Both the position numbers and the translations under genes were made by a program. The notes beneath the pieces are model-generated. The model searched no databases. It was not told the origin of the DNA and saw only the letters and a list, made by a program, of their open reading frames with translations. Below, one piece after another: positions 19,701-32,938 of a stretch of 37,777 bases of DNA (positions are counted from its first letter, which is position 1; every line of letters starts with the position of its first letter). The DNA is from a virus (lineage: Duplodnaviria > Heunggongvirae > Uroviricota > Caudoviricetes). Location: the IMG/VR virus record IMGVR_UViG_2869924733_000005, positions 1-37,777 of that record. The stretch is one strand, 5' to 3'.

Positions 19701-19898
19701 GGGCTGATGGGCGAGGCCGGGCCTGAAGCTATCATGCCACTGACCCGGGCAGCGGACGGCTCTCTTGGTGTCAGATCCATTGGCAATGTGAATGGTGGCG
19801 GGGGATTTGTTTATTCTCCCGTGTATCACATCAGTATTCAGAATAAAGGGAGCAATGGCGAGATAGATACGCAGTCAGCCAGGGGCTGGTGGATCTGA
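16746..19898 (+). CDS. tail tape measure protein
   Basis: 1050 aa, Ala/Gln-rich coiled-coil, position after G/G-T. Confidence 0.9.
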   Translation: MSVATLRELIIKISANSRSFQSEISRASRMGQDYYRTMQNGGRQSAAASREMRRALAEVTDQINTAKSSALNMAGAFAGAFATGHLISLADEWNSVNARLKQASQSSDDFQASQRELMAISQRTGTAFSDNASLFARSAASMREYGYSSEEVLKVTEAISTGLKLSGASTAEASSVITQFSQALAQGVLRGEEFNSVNENGDRVIRALAAGMGVARKDLKAMADNGKLTADKVVPALISQLGALRDEYAAMPDTVSSSATKVENAFMAWVGGANEASGVTKTLSGMLNGIAGNIDTVATAAGALVAVGVARYFGNMASSAGSATAGLITAARNEVALAEAQLRGTQIATARARAAVYCAQQAVVAARGTERQAAAEAKLAAAQASLTRNIAARTAAQTTLNTVTSVGSRLLSGALGLVGGVPGLVMLGAAAWYTMYQNQEQARESARQYAATIDEIRQKTSAMSLPEASDNEEKTRQALEEQNRLISEQEGKIRGLKNQIADYQRWLDESSQSGSGAEIILKGLAEATNQLAVEQSRLTQMQGKAQSIQDVLAGLEERRVALIRQQAAEQNKAYQSLLIMNGQHTEFNRLLGLGNELLQQRQGLVNVPLRLPQATLDDKQQTALNNSKRELALSRLKGEARERARLGYAADDLGFVGEAYQTARQNYINNSLDAWRNNQANKPKAHKKTEAEKTEDIYKRLIKQQKEQIALAGQNTELAKMKYQVSQGELSTLSEAQKKTLLQNAALIDQKKIREQLAAYESSLADSNASARASDDAQLLGYGEGSRMRERLQEMWSIRQTFEQKNNELLRQYQAGEIEEALWKQEKELNKKYLEERLSDQQDYYAKADALRNNWNAGLQEGLTNWADSATDYASQAADAVVSTMDGLVSNISDALAGNVVDWRNWGSSILQEVSKILMNAAIVNGLKSLSKSMSGAGGWLGTVGDWLSGAVANAKGGVYTSANLSAYSNTIVDTPTYFAFAKGAGLMGEAGPEAIMPLTRAADGSLGVRSIGNVNGGGGFVYSPVYHISIQNKGSNGEIDTQSARGWWI

Positions 19899-20384
19899 AC
19901 GACAGCAGGGTTGTGTCAATTATGCAGTCATCACGTCGGGACGGAGGATTATACAGTGCCTGAGCCTGAAGTTTTTAACTGGATCCCCCGCGAGGGGATG
20001 GAGACGACACGAAAGCCATCTGTTATTACGGTAAAGTTCGGTGACGGATATGAACAGTGAGGTAGCCTGAGTTTAACGGACACTCCTTCCTGAAATAGAA
20101 TGGCATCAGAAGGAGCTAATAATGAGCAGAAAAACCCAACGTTACTCTAAAGAGTTCAAAGCCGAAGCTGTCAGAACGGTTCTTGAAAATCAACTTTCGA
20201 TCAGTGAAGGCGCTTCCCGATTATCCCTTCCTGAAGGCACTTTAGGACAATGGGTTACCGCCGCCAGAAAAGGGCTCGGTACTCCTGGCTCCCGCACGGT
20301 GGCTGAACTGGAATCTGAAATTCTGCAACTGCGTAAGGCGTTAAATGAAGCTCGCCTTGAGCGAGATATATTAAAAAAAGCAAC

Positions 20385-21605
20385 TGTAGATTCAATTGGT
20401 CAACGCAACAGTTATGTGAAAACATGGGGTTGCGGAGGTTTTTTGAATGAGACGAACATTTACAGCAGAGGAAAAAGCCTCTGTTTTTGAACTATGGAAG
20501 AACGGAACAGGCTTCAGTGAAATAGCGAATATCCTGGGTTCAAAACCCGGAACGATCTTCACTATGTTAAGGGATACTGGCGGCATAAAACCCCATGAGC
20601 GTAAGCGGGCTGTAGCTCACCTGACACTGTCTGAGCGCGAGGAGATACGAGCTGGTTTGTCAGCCAAAATGAGCATTCGTGCGATAGCTACTGCGCTGAA
20701 TCGCAGTCCTTCGACGATCTCACGTGAAGTTCAGCGTAATCGGGGCAGACGCTATTACAAAGCTGTTGATGCTAATAACCGAGCCAACAGAATGGCGAAA
20801 AGGCCAAAACCGTGCTTACTGGATCAAAATTTACCATTGCGAAAGCTTGTTCTGGAAAAGCTGGAGATGAAATGGTCTCCAGAGCAAATATCAGGATGGT
20901 TAAGGCGAACAAAACCACGTCAAAAAACGCTGCGAATATCACCTGAGACAATTTATAAAACGCTGTACTTTCGTAGCCGTGAAGCGCTACACCACCTGAA
21001 TATACAGCATCTGCGACGGTCGCATAGCCTTCGCCATGGCAGGCGTCATACCCGCAAAGGCGAAAGAGGTACGATTAACATAGTGAACGGAACACCAATT
21101 CACGAACGTTCCCGAAATATCGATAACAGACGCTCTCTGGGGCATTGGGAGGGCGATTTAGTCTCAGGTACAAAAAACTCTCATATAGCCACACTTGTAG
21201 ACCGAAAATCACGTTATACGATCATCCTTAGACTCAGGGGCAAAGATTCTGTCTCAGTAAATCAGGCTCTTACCGACAAATTCCTGAGTTTACCGTCAGA
21301 ACTCAGAAAATCACTGACATGGGACAGAGGAATGGAACTGGCCAGACATCTAGAATTTACTGTCAGCACCGGCGTTAAAGTTTACTTCTGCGATCCTCAG
21401 AGTCCTTGGCAGCGGGGAACAAATGAGAACACAAATGGGCTAATTCGGCAGTACTTTCCTAAAAAGACATGTCTTGCCCAATATACTCAACATGAACTAG
21501 ATCTGGTTGCTGCTCAGCTAAACAACAGACCGAGAAAGACACTGAAGTTCAAAACACCGAAAGAGATAATTGAAAGGGGTGTTGCATTGACAGATTGAAT
21601 CTACA
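20385..21605 (+). mobile_element. IS30 (1221 bp), 2-bp TSD AC, inserted inside IS600-like orfA
   Basis: Ends TGTAGATTCAATTGGTCAACG...GTTGCATTGACAGATTGAATCTACA; length exactly 1221 bp. Confidence 0.9.
20447..21598 (+). CDS. insI: IS30 transposase
   Basis: 383-aa ORF MRRTFTAEEKASVFELWKNGTGFSEIANILG... with DDE region; matches remembered IS30 transposase. Confidence 0.9.
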   Translation: MRRTFTAEEKASVFELWKNGTGFSEIANILGSKPGTIFTMLRDTGGIKPHERKRAVAHLTLSEREEIRAGLSAKMSIRAIATALNRSPSTISREVQRNRGRRYYKAVDANNRANRMAKRPKPCLLDQNLPLRKLVLEKLEMKWSPEQISGWLRRTKPRQKTLRISPETIYKTLYFRSREALHHLNIQHLRRSHSLRHGRRHTRKGERGTINIVNGTPIHERSRNIDNRRSLGHWEGDLVSGTKNSHIATLVDRKSRYTIILRLRGKDSVSVNQALTDKFLSLPSELRKSLTWDRGMELARHLEFTVSTGVKVYFCDPQSPWQRGTNENTNGLIRQYFPKKTCLAQYTQHELDLVAAQLNNRPRKTLKFKTPKEIIERGVALTD

Positions 21606-21682
21606 ACAGCGTATTTTGCACAGGAGTCGCTGAAAAATACGCGTTAATCGAACAATGGCGACAACAATTTCCCATTGAAGCG

Positions 21683-22501
21683 ATGTGTCAGGTATTTGGT
21701 GTATCCAGGAGCGGTTATTACAACCGGGTACAGCATGAACCCTCAGACAGAAAACAAAGTGATGAGCGGCTAAAACTGGAGATTAAGGTGGCACATATCC
21801 GCACTCGCGAAACATATGGAACCCGGCGGCTCCAGACGGAGCTGGCAGAGAATGGCATCATCGTTGGTCGTGACCGACTGGCACGTCTTCGTAAGGAGCT
21901 AAGGCTACGCTGTAAGCAGAAACGCAAGTTCAGAGCGACTACGAACCCGAACCACAATCTGCCAGTTGCGCCAAATCTGTTGAACCAGACGTTCGCTCCT
22001 ACAGCACCAAATCAGGTCTGGGTGGCGGACCTGACGTATGTTGCCACACAGGAGGGATGGTTGTACCTCGCTGGCATCAAAGATGTTTATACGTGCGAAA
22101 TTGTCGGCTACGCCATGGGAGAGCGCATGACAAAAGAGCTGACAGGTAAAGCCCTGTTTATGGCGCTCAGGAGCCAGCGCCCACCTGCCGGGCTAATCCA
22201 CCACTCTGATCGAGGTTCACAGTACTGCGCATACGATTACCGGGTCATACAGGAGCAGTCTGGTCTGAAAACATCAATGTCGCGTAAAGGTAACTGTTAC
22301 GACAACGCTCCGATGGAAAGCTTCTGGGGAACGCTGAAAAATGAGAGCCTGAGCCACTATCGTTTTAATAACCGGGATGAAGCCATCTCAGTAATACGGG
22401 AATACATTGAGATTTTCTACAATCGTCAGCGTCGTCACTCTCGTCTGGGGAATATCTCCCCGGCAGCCTTCAGGGAGAAATATCATCAGATGGCTGCTTA
22501 A
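21683..22501 (+). CDS. IS600-like orfB (DDE transposase domain; normally made as orfAB fusion)
   Basis: IS3-family integrase core (HSDRGSQY...); -1 frame relative to orfA. Confidence 0.75.
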   Translation: MCQVFGVSRSGYYNRVQHEPSDRKQSDERLKLEIKVAHIRTRETYGTRRLQTELAENGIIVGRDRLARLRKELRLRCKQKRKFRATTNPNHNLPVAPNLLNQTFAPTAPNQVWVADLTYVATQEGWLYLAGIKDVYTCEIVGYAMGERMTKELTGKALFMALRSQRPPAGLIHHSDRGSQYCAYDYRVIQEQSGLKTSMSRKGNCYDNAPMESFWGTLKNESLSHYRFNNRDEAISVIREYIEIFYNRQRRHSRLGNISPAAFREKYHQMAA

Positions 22502-22786
22502 AAAAAGAACAAATGGTAGTGTCCGCTATTGCCAGTACACCTCACAGCGACGGGCTGGTGGTCTGAATGCGGATCTGAAAACGTTTAAACCGGTGTTTCG
22601 TGTCACAGATGAATATTCCCGTGCTGCGCTGGACAGTTTTTTATCCCGTCATGCCGGGATACGTGCTTTTTTGTGGCGTCCGCCAAAACACAACAGAATC
22701 GTCCGGGTTGTCTGCAGGGAGTGGAGTATTTCGGATAATGCCATGTATACCGATTTTAACTGTACCTTTGAAGAGGTCACTCACTG

Positions 22787-23485
22787 ATGCAGGATATACA
22801 GCAGGAAACACTGAATGAGTGTACAAAAGCGGAGCAATCCGCGCTGGTCGTGCTCTGGGAAGTCGATCTGACAGAAGTCGGCGGAGAGCGTTATTTTTTC
22901 TGTAATGAGCAGAACGAAAAAGGTGAGCCGGTCACCTGGCAGGGGCGACAGTATCAGGCGTACCCCATCCAGGGGAGCGGATTTGAGATGAACGGTAAAG
23001 GAGCCAGCGCCAGGCCAACTCTGAAAGTCTCTAATCTGCACGGCATGGTCACCGGGATGGTGGAAGATTTGCAGAGTCTGGTCGGCGGAATGGTGGTCAG
23101 GCGTAAGGTTTACGCCCGTTTTCTGGATGCGGTGAACTTCGTCAACGGAAACAGCGACGCCGATCCGGAGCAGGAGGTGATCAGCCGCTGGCGCATCGAG
23201 CAGTGCAGCGAACTGAGCGCGGTCAGTGCCTCCTTTGTGTTCTCCACGCCGACGGAAACGGACGGCGCTGTTTTTCCGGGACGTATCATGCTGGCCAACA
23301 CCTGCACCTGGACCTATCGCGGCGATGAGTGCGGTTATAGTGGTCCGGCGGTCGCGGATGAATATGACCAGCCGACGTCCGATATCACGAAGGATAAATG
23401 CAGCAAATGCCTGAGCGGTTGTAAGTTCCGCAATAACGTCGGCAACTTTGGCGGCTTCCTTTCCATTAACAAACTTTCGCAGTAA
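22787..23485 (+). CDS. L: minor tail protein L
   Basis: 232 aa; matches lambda L; C-terminal Cys cluster. Confidence 0.85.
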   Translation: MQDIQQETLNECTKAEQSALVVLWEVDLTEVGGERYFFCNEQNEKGEPVTWQGRQYQAYPIQGSGFEMNGKGASARPTLKVSNLHGMVTGMVEDLQSLVGGMVVRRKVYARFLDAVNFVNGNSDADPEQEVISRWRIEQCSELSAVSASFVFSTPTETDGAVFPGRIMLANTCTWTYRGDECGYSGPAVADEYDQPTSDITKDKCSKCLSGCKFRNNVGNFGGFLSINKLSQ

Positions 23486-23490
23486 ATCCC

Positions 23491-24233
23491 ATGACAGAAA
23501 CAGAATCAGCGATTCTGGCGCACGCCCGGCGATGTGCGCCAGCGGAGTCGTGCGGCTTCGTGGTGAGAACGCCGGAGGGAGAAAAATATTTTCCCTGCGT
23601 GAATATCTCCGGTGAGCCGGAGGAGTATTTCCGGATGTCGCCGGAGGACTGGCTGCGGGCAGAAATGCAGGGTGAGATTGTGGCGCTGGTCCACAGTCAT
23701 CCCGGTGGTCTGCCCTGGCTGAGTGAGGCTGACCGGCGGCTGCAGGTGCAGAGTGATTTGCCGTGGTGGCTGGTCTGCCGGGGGCGATTCATAAGTTCCG
23801 CTGTGTGCCGCATCTCACCGGGCGGCGCTTTGAGCACGGGGTGACGGACTGTTACACACTGTTCCGGGATGCTTACCATCTGGCGGGGATTGAGATGCCG
23901 GATTTTCATCGCGGGGATGACTGGTGGCGTAACGGCCAGAATCTCTATCTGGATAATCTGGAGGCCACAGGTCTGCATCAGGTGCCGTTGTCATCAGCAC
24001 AACCGGGCGATGTGCTGCTGTGCTGTTTTGGTTCATCGGTGCCGAATCATGCCGCCATTTACTGTGGTGACGGCGAGCTGCTGCACCATATTCCTGAACA
24101 ACTGAGCAAACGAGAGAGGTACACCGACAAATGGCAGCGACGCACACACTCCCTCTGGCGTCACCGGGCATGGCATGCATCTGCCTTTACGGGGATTTAC
24201 AACGATTTGGCCGCCGCATCGACCTTCGTGTAA
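23491..24233 (+). pseudogene. K: tail assembly protein K (MPN/JAMM + NlpC/P60) with frameshift near 23785
   Basis: K homology continues from frame 1 (…DLPWWLVCRG) into frame 0 (…IHKFRCVPHLTGRRFEH…); consistent with 1-bp deletion after G-run. Confidence 0.6.
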
Positions 24234-24778
24234 AAACGGGGGCTGAAGCCATCCGGGCGCTGTCCACACAGGTCCCGGCATTTCGTCAGAAACTGAGTGA
24301 CGGCTGGTATCAGGTACGGATTGCCGGGCGTGATGCAGGTGAAACCGAATTGTCTGCCCGTCTTAATGAGCCGCTGGCAAATGGTGCCGTGATCCACATC
24401 GTGCCGCGTCTGGCGGGAGCTAAAAGCGGCGGTGTGCTTCAGGTGGTGCTGGGGGCGGCGCTGATTGCGGTGGCATGGTGGAACCCTGTGGGCTGGCTGG
24501 GTGCCGCGGCTGTATCGGGCATGTATGCGGCAGGGGCCAGTATGATCCTGGGCGGAGTGGCGCAGATGCTGGCACCGAAAGCCAGGACGCCCACGGCAGC
24601 AAGTACAGATAACGGCAAACAGAACACCTGTTTCTCCTCACTGGATAACATGGTTGCCCAGGGCAATGTTCTGCCTGTTCTGTACGGTGAAATGCGCGTG
24701 GGGTCACGCGTGGTTTCTCAGGAGATCAGCACGGCAGATGAAGGGGATGGTGGTCAGGTTGTGGTGATTGGTCGCTGA
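24131..24778 (+). CDS. I: tail assembly protein I
   Basis: MAATHTLPLASPGMA...GEMRVGSRVVSQEISTADEGDGGQVVVIGR matches lambda I. Confidence 0.8.
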   Translation: MAATHTLPLASPGMACICLYGDLQRFGRRIDLRVKTGAEAIRALSTQVPAFRQKLSDGWYQVRIAGRDAGETELSARLNEPLANGAVIHIVPRLAGAKSGGVLQVVLGAALIAVAWWNPVGWLGAAAVSGMYAAGASMILGGVAQMLAPKARTPTAASTDNGKQNTCFSSLDNMVAQGNVLPVLYGEMRVGSRVVSQEISTADEGDGGQVVVIGR

Positions 24779-24795
24779 TGCAAAATGTTTTATGT

Positions 24796-24824
24796 GAAAC
24801 CGCCTGCGGGCGGTTTTGTCGTTT
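24796..24824 (+). terminator. hairpin between I and J (possible attenuator)
   Basis: gaaaccgcctgcgggcggttt followed by TGTCGTTT. Confidence 0.35.
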
Positions 24825-24835
24825 ATGGAGCGTGA

Positions 24836-28251
<3,416 letters not shown>

Positions 28252-28288
28252 AATTGTTATAACACATATAAGGGCACCAGAAATGGTG

Positions 28289-29713
28289 TAATGCCGTTCA
28301 GTTAAGGATCAGTTGACCGATCCAGTGGCTGTGTAAGAATCCGGAAACGCTCACTTGTTTCCGGATTTTTTTATGCACATTGGACAGGCTCTTGATCTGG
28401 TATCCCGTTACGATTCTCTGCGTAACCCACTGACTTCTCTGGGGATTACCTCGACCCCGAACTCATCTCTCGTTGCCTTGCCGAATCAGGTACTGTAACG
28501 CTACGCAAGCGCCGTCTTCCCCTCGAAATGATGGTCTGGTGTATTGTTGGCATGGCGCTTGAGCGTAAAGAACCTCTTCACCAGATTGTGAATCGCCTGG
28601 ACATCATGCTGCCGGGCAATCGCCCCTTCGTTGCCCCCAGTGCCGTTATTCAGGCCCGCCAGCGCCTGGGAAGTGAGGCTGTCCGCCGCGTGTTCACGAA
28701 AACAGCGCAGCTCTGGCATAACGCCACGCCGCATCCGCACTGGTGCGGCCTGACCCTGCTGGCCATCGATGGTGTGTTCTGGCGCACACCGGATACACCA
28801 GAGAACGATGCAGCCTTCCCCCGCCAGACACATGCCGGGAACCCGGCGCTCTACCCGCAGGTCAAAATGGTCTGCCAGATGGAACTGACCAGCCATCTGC
28901 TGACGGCTGCAGCCTTCGGCACGATGAAGAACAGCGAAAATGAGCTTGCTGAGCAACTTATAGAACAAACCGGCGATAACACTCTGACGTTAATGGATAA
29001 AGGTTATTACTCACTGGGACTGTTAAATGCCTGGAGCCTGGCGGGAGAACACCGCCACTGGATGATACCTCTCAGAAAGGGAGCGCAATATGAAGAGCTC
29101 AGAAAACTGGGTAAAGGCGATCATCTGGTGAAGCTGAAAACCAGCCCGCAGGCACGAAAAAAGTGGCCGGGACTGGGAAATGAAGTGACAGCCCGCCTGC
29201 TGACCGTGACGCGCAAAGGAAAAGTCTGCCATCTGCTGACGTCGATGACGGACGCCATGCGCTTCCCCGGAGGAGAAATGGCGGATCTGTACAGTCATCG
29301 CTGGGAAATCGAACTGGGATACAGGGAGATAAAACAGACGATGCAACTGAGCAGGCTGACGCTGAGAAGTAAAAAGCCGGAGCTTGTGGAGCAAGAGCTG
29401 TGGGGTGTCTTACTGGCTTATAATCTGGTGAGATATCAGATGATTAAAATGGCGGAACATCTGAAAGGTTACTGGCCGAATCAACTGAGTTTCTCAGAAT
29501 CATGCGGAATGGTGATGAGAATGCTGATGACATTGCAGGGCGCTTCACCGGGACGTATACCGGAGCTGATGCGCGATCTTGCAAGTATGGGACAACTTGT
29601 GAAATTACCGACGAGAAGGGGAAGGGCCTTCCCGAGAGTGGTAAAGGAGAGGCCCTGGAAATACCCCACAGCCCCGAAAAAGAGCCAGTCAGTTGCTTAA
29701 CTGACTGGCATTA
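28289..29713 (+). mobile_element. IS4 (1425 bp; one base short of canonical), flanked by direct repeat CACCAGAAATGGTG
   Basis: Terminal IRs TAATGCCGTTCAGTTAAGG.../...CTTAACTGACTGGCATTA; 14-bp direct repeat 28275-28288 and 29714-29727. Confidence 0.85.
28377..29700 (+). pseudogene. insG: IS4 transposase with frameshift in G-run near 28441
   Basis: N-terminus [24 protein letters not shown] then out of frame; remainder from [17 protein letters not shown]... matches IS4 transposase in another frame. Confidence 0.65.
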
Positions 29714-29759
29714 CACCAGAAATGGTGCCTTTTTTATTGCAGAAAAGCGAGAGGTAATT

Positions 29760-30359
29760 ATGCGTAAACTTTATGCCGCCATTTTGTCCGCAGCCATTTG
29801 TCTGGCCGTATCCGGTGCGCCTGCATGGGCGTCTGAACATCAGTCCACGCTGAGCTCGGGGTATCTTCATGCCCGGACCAACGTTCCCGGCAGTGATGAT
29901 CTGAACGGGATTAACGTGAAATACCGTTATGAGTTTACGGACACACTGGGGATGGTGACGTCTTTCAGCTATGCAGGAGACAAGAATCGCCAGTTGACCC
30001 ATTACAGCGATACCCGCTGGCATGAAGATTCCGTTCGTAACCGCTGGTTCAGCGTAATGGCGGGGCCGTCTGTGCGCGTGAATGAATGGTTCAGCGCGTA
30101 TGCGATGGCGGGTGTGGCTTACAGCCGTGTGTCGACTTTCTCCGGGGATTATCTCCGCGTAACTGACAACAAGGGGAAAACGCACGACGTGCTGACCGGA
30201 AGTGATGACGGTCGCCACAGCAACACGTCTCTGGCGTGGGGAGCTGGCGTGCAGTTTAACCCGACCGAATCCGTGGCCATTGATATTGCTTATGAAGGCT
30301 CCGGCAGTGGCGACTGGCGTACTGACGGTTTCATCGTGGGTGTCGGTTATAAGTTCTGA
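29760..30359 (+). CDS. lom: Lom outer membrane protein (Ail/Lom family)
   Basis: MRKLYAAILSAAICLAVSGAPAWASEHQ... with C-terminal beta-barrel ending YKF; matches lambda Lom. Confidence 0.85.
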   Translation: MRKLYAAILSAAICLAVSGAPAWASEHQSTLSSGYLHARTNVPGSDDLNGINVKYRYEFTDTLGMVTSFSYAGDKNRQLTHYSDTRWHEDSVRNRWFSVMAGPSVRVNEWFSAYAMAGVAYSRVSTFSGDYLRVTDNKGKTHDVLTGSDDGRHSNTSLAWGAGVQFNPTESVAIDIAYEGSGSGDWRTDGFIVGVGYKF

Positions 30360-30385
30360 TTAGCCAGGTAACACAGTGTTATGAC

Positions 30386-30412
30386 AGCCCGCCGGTTCAG
30401 GCGGGCTTATTT
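30386..30412 (+). terminator. hairpin after lom
   Basis: agcccgccggttcaggcgggct followed by TATTTGT. Confidence 0.4.
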
Positions 30413-31157
30413 GTGGGGTGAATATGGCAGTAAAGATTTCAGGTGTACTGAAAGACGGCACAGGAAAACCGGTACAGAACTGCACAATCCAGCTGAAAGC
30501 AAAACGTAACAGCACCACGGTGGTGGTGAACACGCTGGCCTCAGAAAATCCGGATGAAGCCGGGCGTTACAGCATGGACGTTGAGTACGGTCAGTACAGC
30601 GTTATTCTGTTGGTGGAAGGATTCCCGCCGTCACATGCCGGGACCATCACCGTGTATGAAGATTCCCGACCCGGTACGCTGAATGATTTTCTCGGTGCCA
30701 TGACGGAGGATGATGCCCGTCCGGAGGCTCTGCGCCGTTTTGAACTGATGGTGGAAGAGGTGGCGCGTAACGCGTCCGCGGTGGCACAGAACACGGCAGC
30801 CGCGGAGAAGTCAGCCGGCAATGCCGGCACATCTGCCCGTGAGGCGGCAATCCATGCGACTGATGCTGCAGGCTCAGCACGCGCAGCCAGCACGTCAGCC
30901 GGACAGGCCGCTTCGTCGGCTCAGTCAGCGTCTTCCAGCGCAGGAACGGCATCAACAAAGGCCACTGAAGCGGAAAAAAGTGCTGCCGCTGCAGAGTCCT
31001 CAAAAAGTGCGGCGGCCACCAGTGCCGGTGCGGCGAAAACGTCAGAAACGAATGCCGCAGCGTCACTAGACTGGCCCCCTGAATCTCCAGACAACCAGTA
31101 TCACTTAAATAAGTGATAGTCTTAATACTAGTTTTTAGACTAGTCATTGGAGTACAG

Positions 31158-31523
31158 ATGATTGATGTCTTAGGGCCGGAGAAACGCAGACGGCGTACCA
31201 CACAGGAAAAGATCGCAATTGTTCAGCAGAGCTTTGAACCGGGGATGACGGTCTCCCTCGTTGCCCGGCAACATGGTGTAGCAGCCAGCCAGTTATTTCT
31301 CTGGCGTAAGCAATACCAGGAAGGAAGTCTTACTGCTGTGGCCGCCGGAGAACAGGTTGTTCCTGCCTCTGAACTTGCTGCCGCCATGAAGCAGATTAAA
31401 GAACTCCAGCGCCTGCTCGGCAAGAAAACGATGGAAAATGAACTCCTCAAAGAAGCCGTTGAATATGGACGGGCAAAAAAGTGGATAGCGCACGCGCCCT
31501 TATTGCCCGGGGATGGGGAGTAA
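31158..31523 (+). CDS. insC: IS2 InsC (orfA)
   Basis: [41 protein letters not shown]... matches IS2 orfA. Confidence 0.85.
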
Positions 31524-32386
31524 GCTTAGTCAGCCGTTGTCTCCGGGTGTCGCGTGCGCAGTTGCACGTCATTCTCAGACGAACCGATGACTGGATGGAT
31601 GGCCGCCGCAGTCGTCACACTGATGATACGGATGTGCTTCTCCGTATACACCATGTTATCGGAGAGCTGCCCACGTATGGTTATCGTCGGGTATGGGCGC
31701 TGCTTCGCAGACAGGCAGAACTTGATGGTATGCCTGCGAACAATGCCAAACGTGTTTACCGGATCATGCGCCAGAATGCGCTGTTGCTTGAGCGAAAACC
31801 TGCTGTACCGCCATCGAAACGGGCACATACAGGCAGAGTGGCCGTGAAAGAAAGCAATCAGCGATGGTGCTCTGACGGGTTCGAGTTCTGCTGTGATAAC
31901 GGAGAGAGACTGCGTGTCACGTTCGCGCTGGACTGCTGTGATCGTGAGGCACTGCACTGGGCGGTGACTACCGGCGGCTTCAACAGTGAAACAGTACAGG
32001 ACGTCATGCTGGGAGCGGTGGAACGCCGCTTCGGCAACGATCTTCCGTCGTCTCCAGTGGAGTGGCTGACGGATAATGGTTCATGCTACCGGGCTAATGA
32101 AACACGCCAGTTCGCCCGGATGTTGGGACTTGAACCGAAGAACACGGCGGTGCGGAGTCCGGAGAGTAACGGAATAGCAGAGAGCTTCGTGAAAACGATA
32201 AAGCGTGACTACATCAGTATCATGCCCAAACCAGACGGGTTAACGGCAGCAAAGAACCTTGCAGAGGCGTTCGAGCATTATAACGAATGGCATCCGCATA
32301 GTGCGCTGGGTTATCGCTCGCCACGGGAATATCTGCGGCAGCGGGCTTGTAATGGGTTAAGTGATAACAGATGTCTGGAAATATAG
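31481..32386 (+). CDS. insD: IS2 InsD (orfB transposase)
   Basis: 301-aa DDE transposase ORF overlapping insC. Confidence 0.85.
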
Positions 32387-32896
32387 GGGCAAATCCAGTC
32401 ACAACAATCAGCAGCCACTTCTGCATCCACCGCGACTACGAAAGCGTCAGAAGCTGCCACCTCAGCCCGGGATGCGGCGGCCTCAAAAGAGGCAGCGAAA
32501 TCATCAGAAACGAACGCATCCTCGAGCGCCAGTAGCGCAGCTTCCTCGGCAACGGCGGCAGGAAATTCCGCGAAGGCGGCAAAAACGTCCGAGACGAACG
32601 CTAAGTCTTCTGAGACGGCAGCGGGACAGAGCGCCTCAGCTGCGGCAGGCTCAAAAACAGCGGCTGCGTCGTCTGCCAGTGCCGCGTCAACAAGTGCCGG
32701 GCAGGCCTCAGCCAGTGCCACCGCCGCCGGAAAATCGGCAGAAAGCGCCGCATCATCCGCTTCAACAGCCACAACAAAGGCTGGCGAAGCCACTGAGCAG
32801 GCCACGGCAGCAGCGAGGTCAGCTTCCGCAGCGAAGACATCCGAAACGAACGCGAAAGCGTCGGAAACCCGTGCAGAATCCTCAAAAACGGCAGCG

Positions 32897-32938
32897 GCAT
32901 CGTCCGCCAGTTCGGCGGCATCGTCCGCCAGTTCGGCG
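32897..32938 (+). repeat. perfect 21-bp tandem duplication (gcatcgtccgccagttcggcg x2) in Ala/Ser-rich stf segment
   Basis: Direct reading of sequence; encodes [14 protein letters not shown]. Confidence 0.7.

Larger units (their letters stand above)
20122..21647 (+). pseudogene. IS600-like orfA split by IS30
   Basis: orfA reading frame resumes after IS30 (…ILKKAT|AYFAQESLKNTR*) when IS30 and one AC copy are removed. Confidence 0.7.
20058..22544 (+). mobile_element. IS3-family element, IS600-like (1264 bp without the IS30 insert), 3-bp TSD CAG
   Basis: Ends TGAGGTAG...CACCTCA imperfect IRs; orfA/orfB with -1 frameshift architecture; flanking CAG direct repeats. Confidence 0.75.
19956..22787 (+). 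pseudogene. M: minor tail protein M interrupted by nested IS insertion
   Basis: N-terminal ...VKFGDGYEQ (GTG 19956) and C-terminal RRAGGLNADLKTF...FLWRPP... are in the same frame and align with lambda M once 20058..22544 plus one CAG copy are removed. Confidence 0.65.
31067..32397 (+). mobile_element. IS2 (1331 bp), 5-bp TSD GTCAC
   Basis: Ends TAGACTGGCCCCCTGAATCTCC... and ...GGGGCAAATCCA; flanking GTCAC direct repeats. Confidence 0.9.

Noticed and set aside
29502-29759. N-terminal extension of the lom ORF in the ORF track
   Set aside because: Extension reads through the IS4 right end and junction; the true Lom start with signal peptide (MRKLYAAILSAAICLA) is at 29760.
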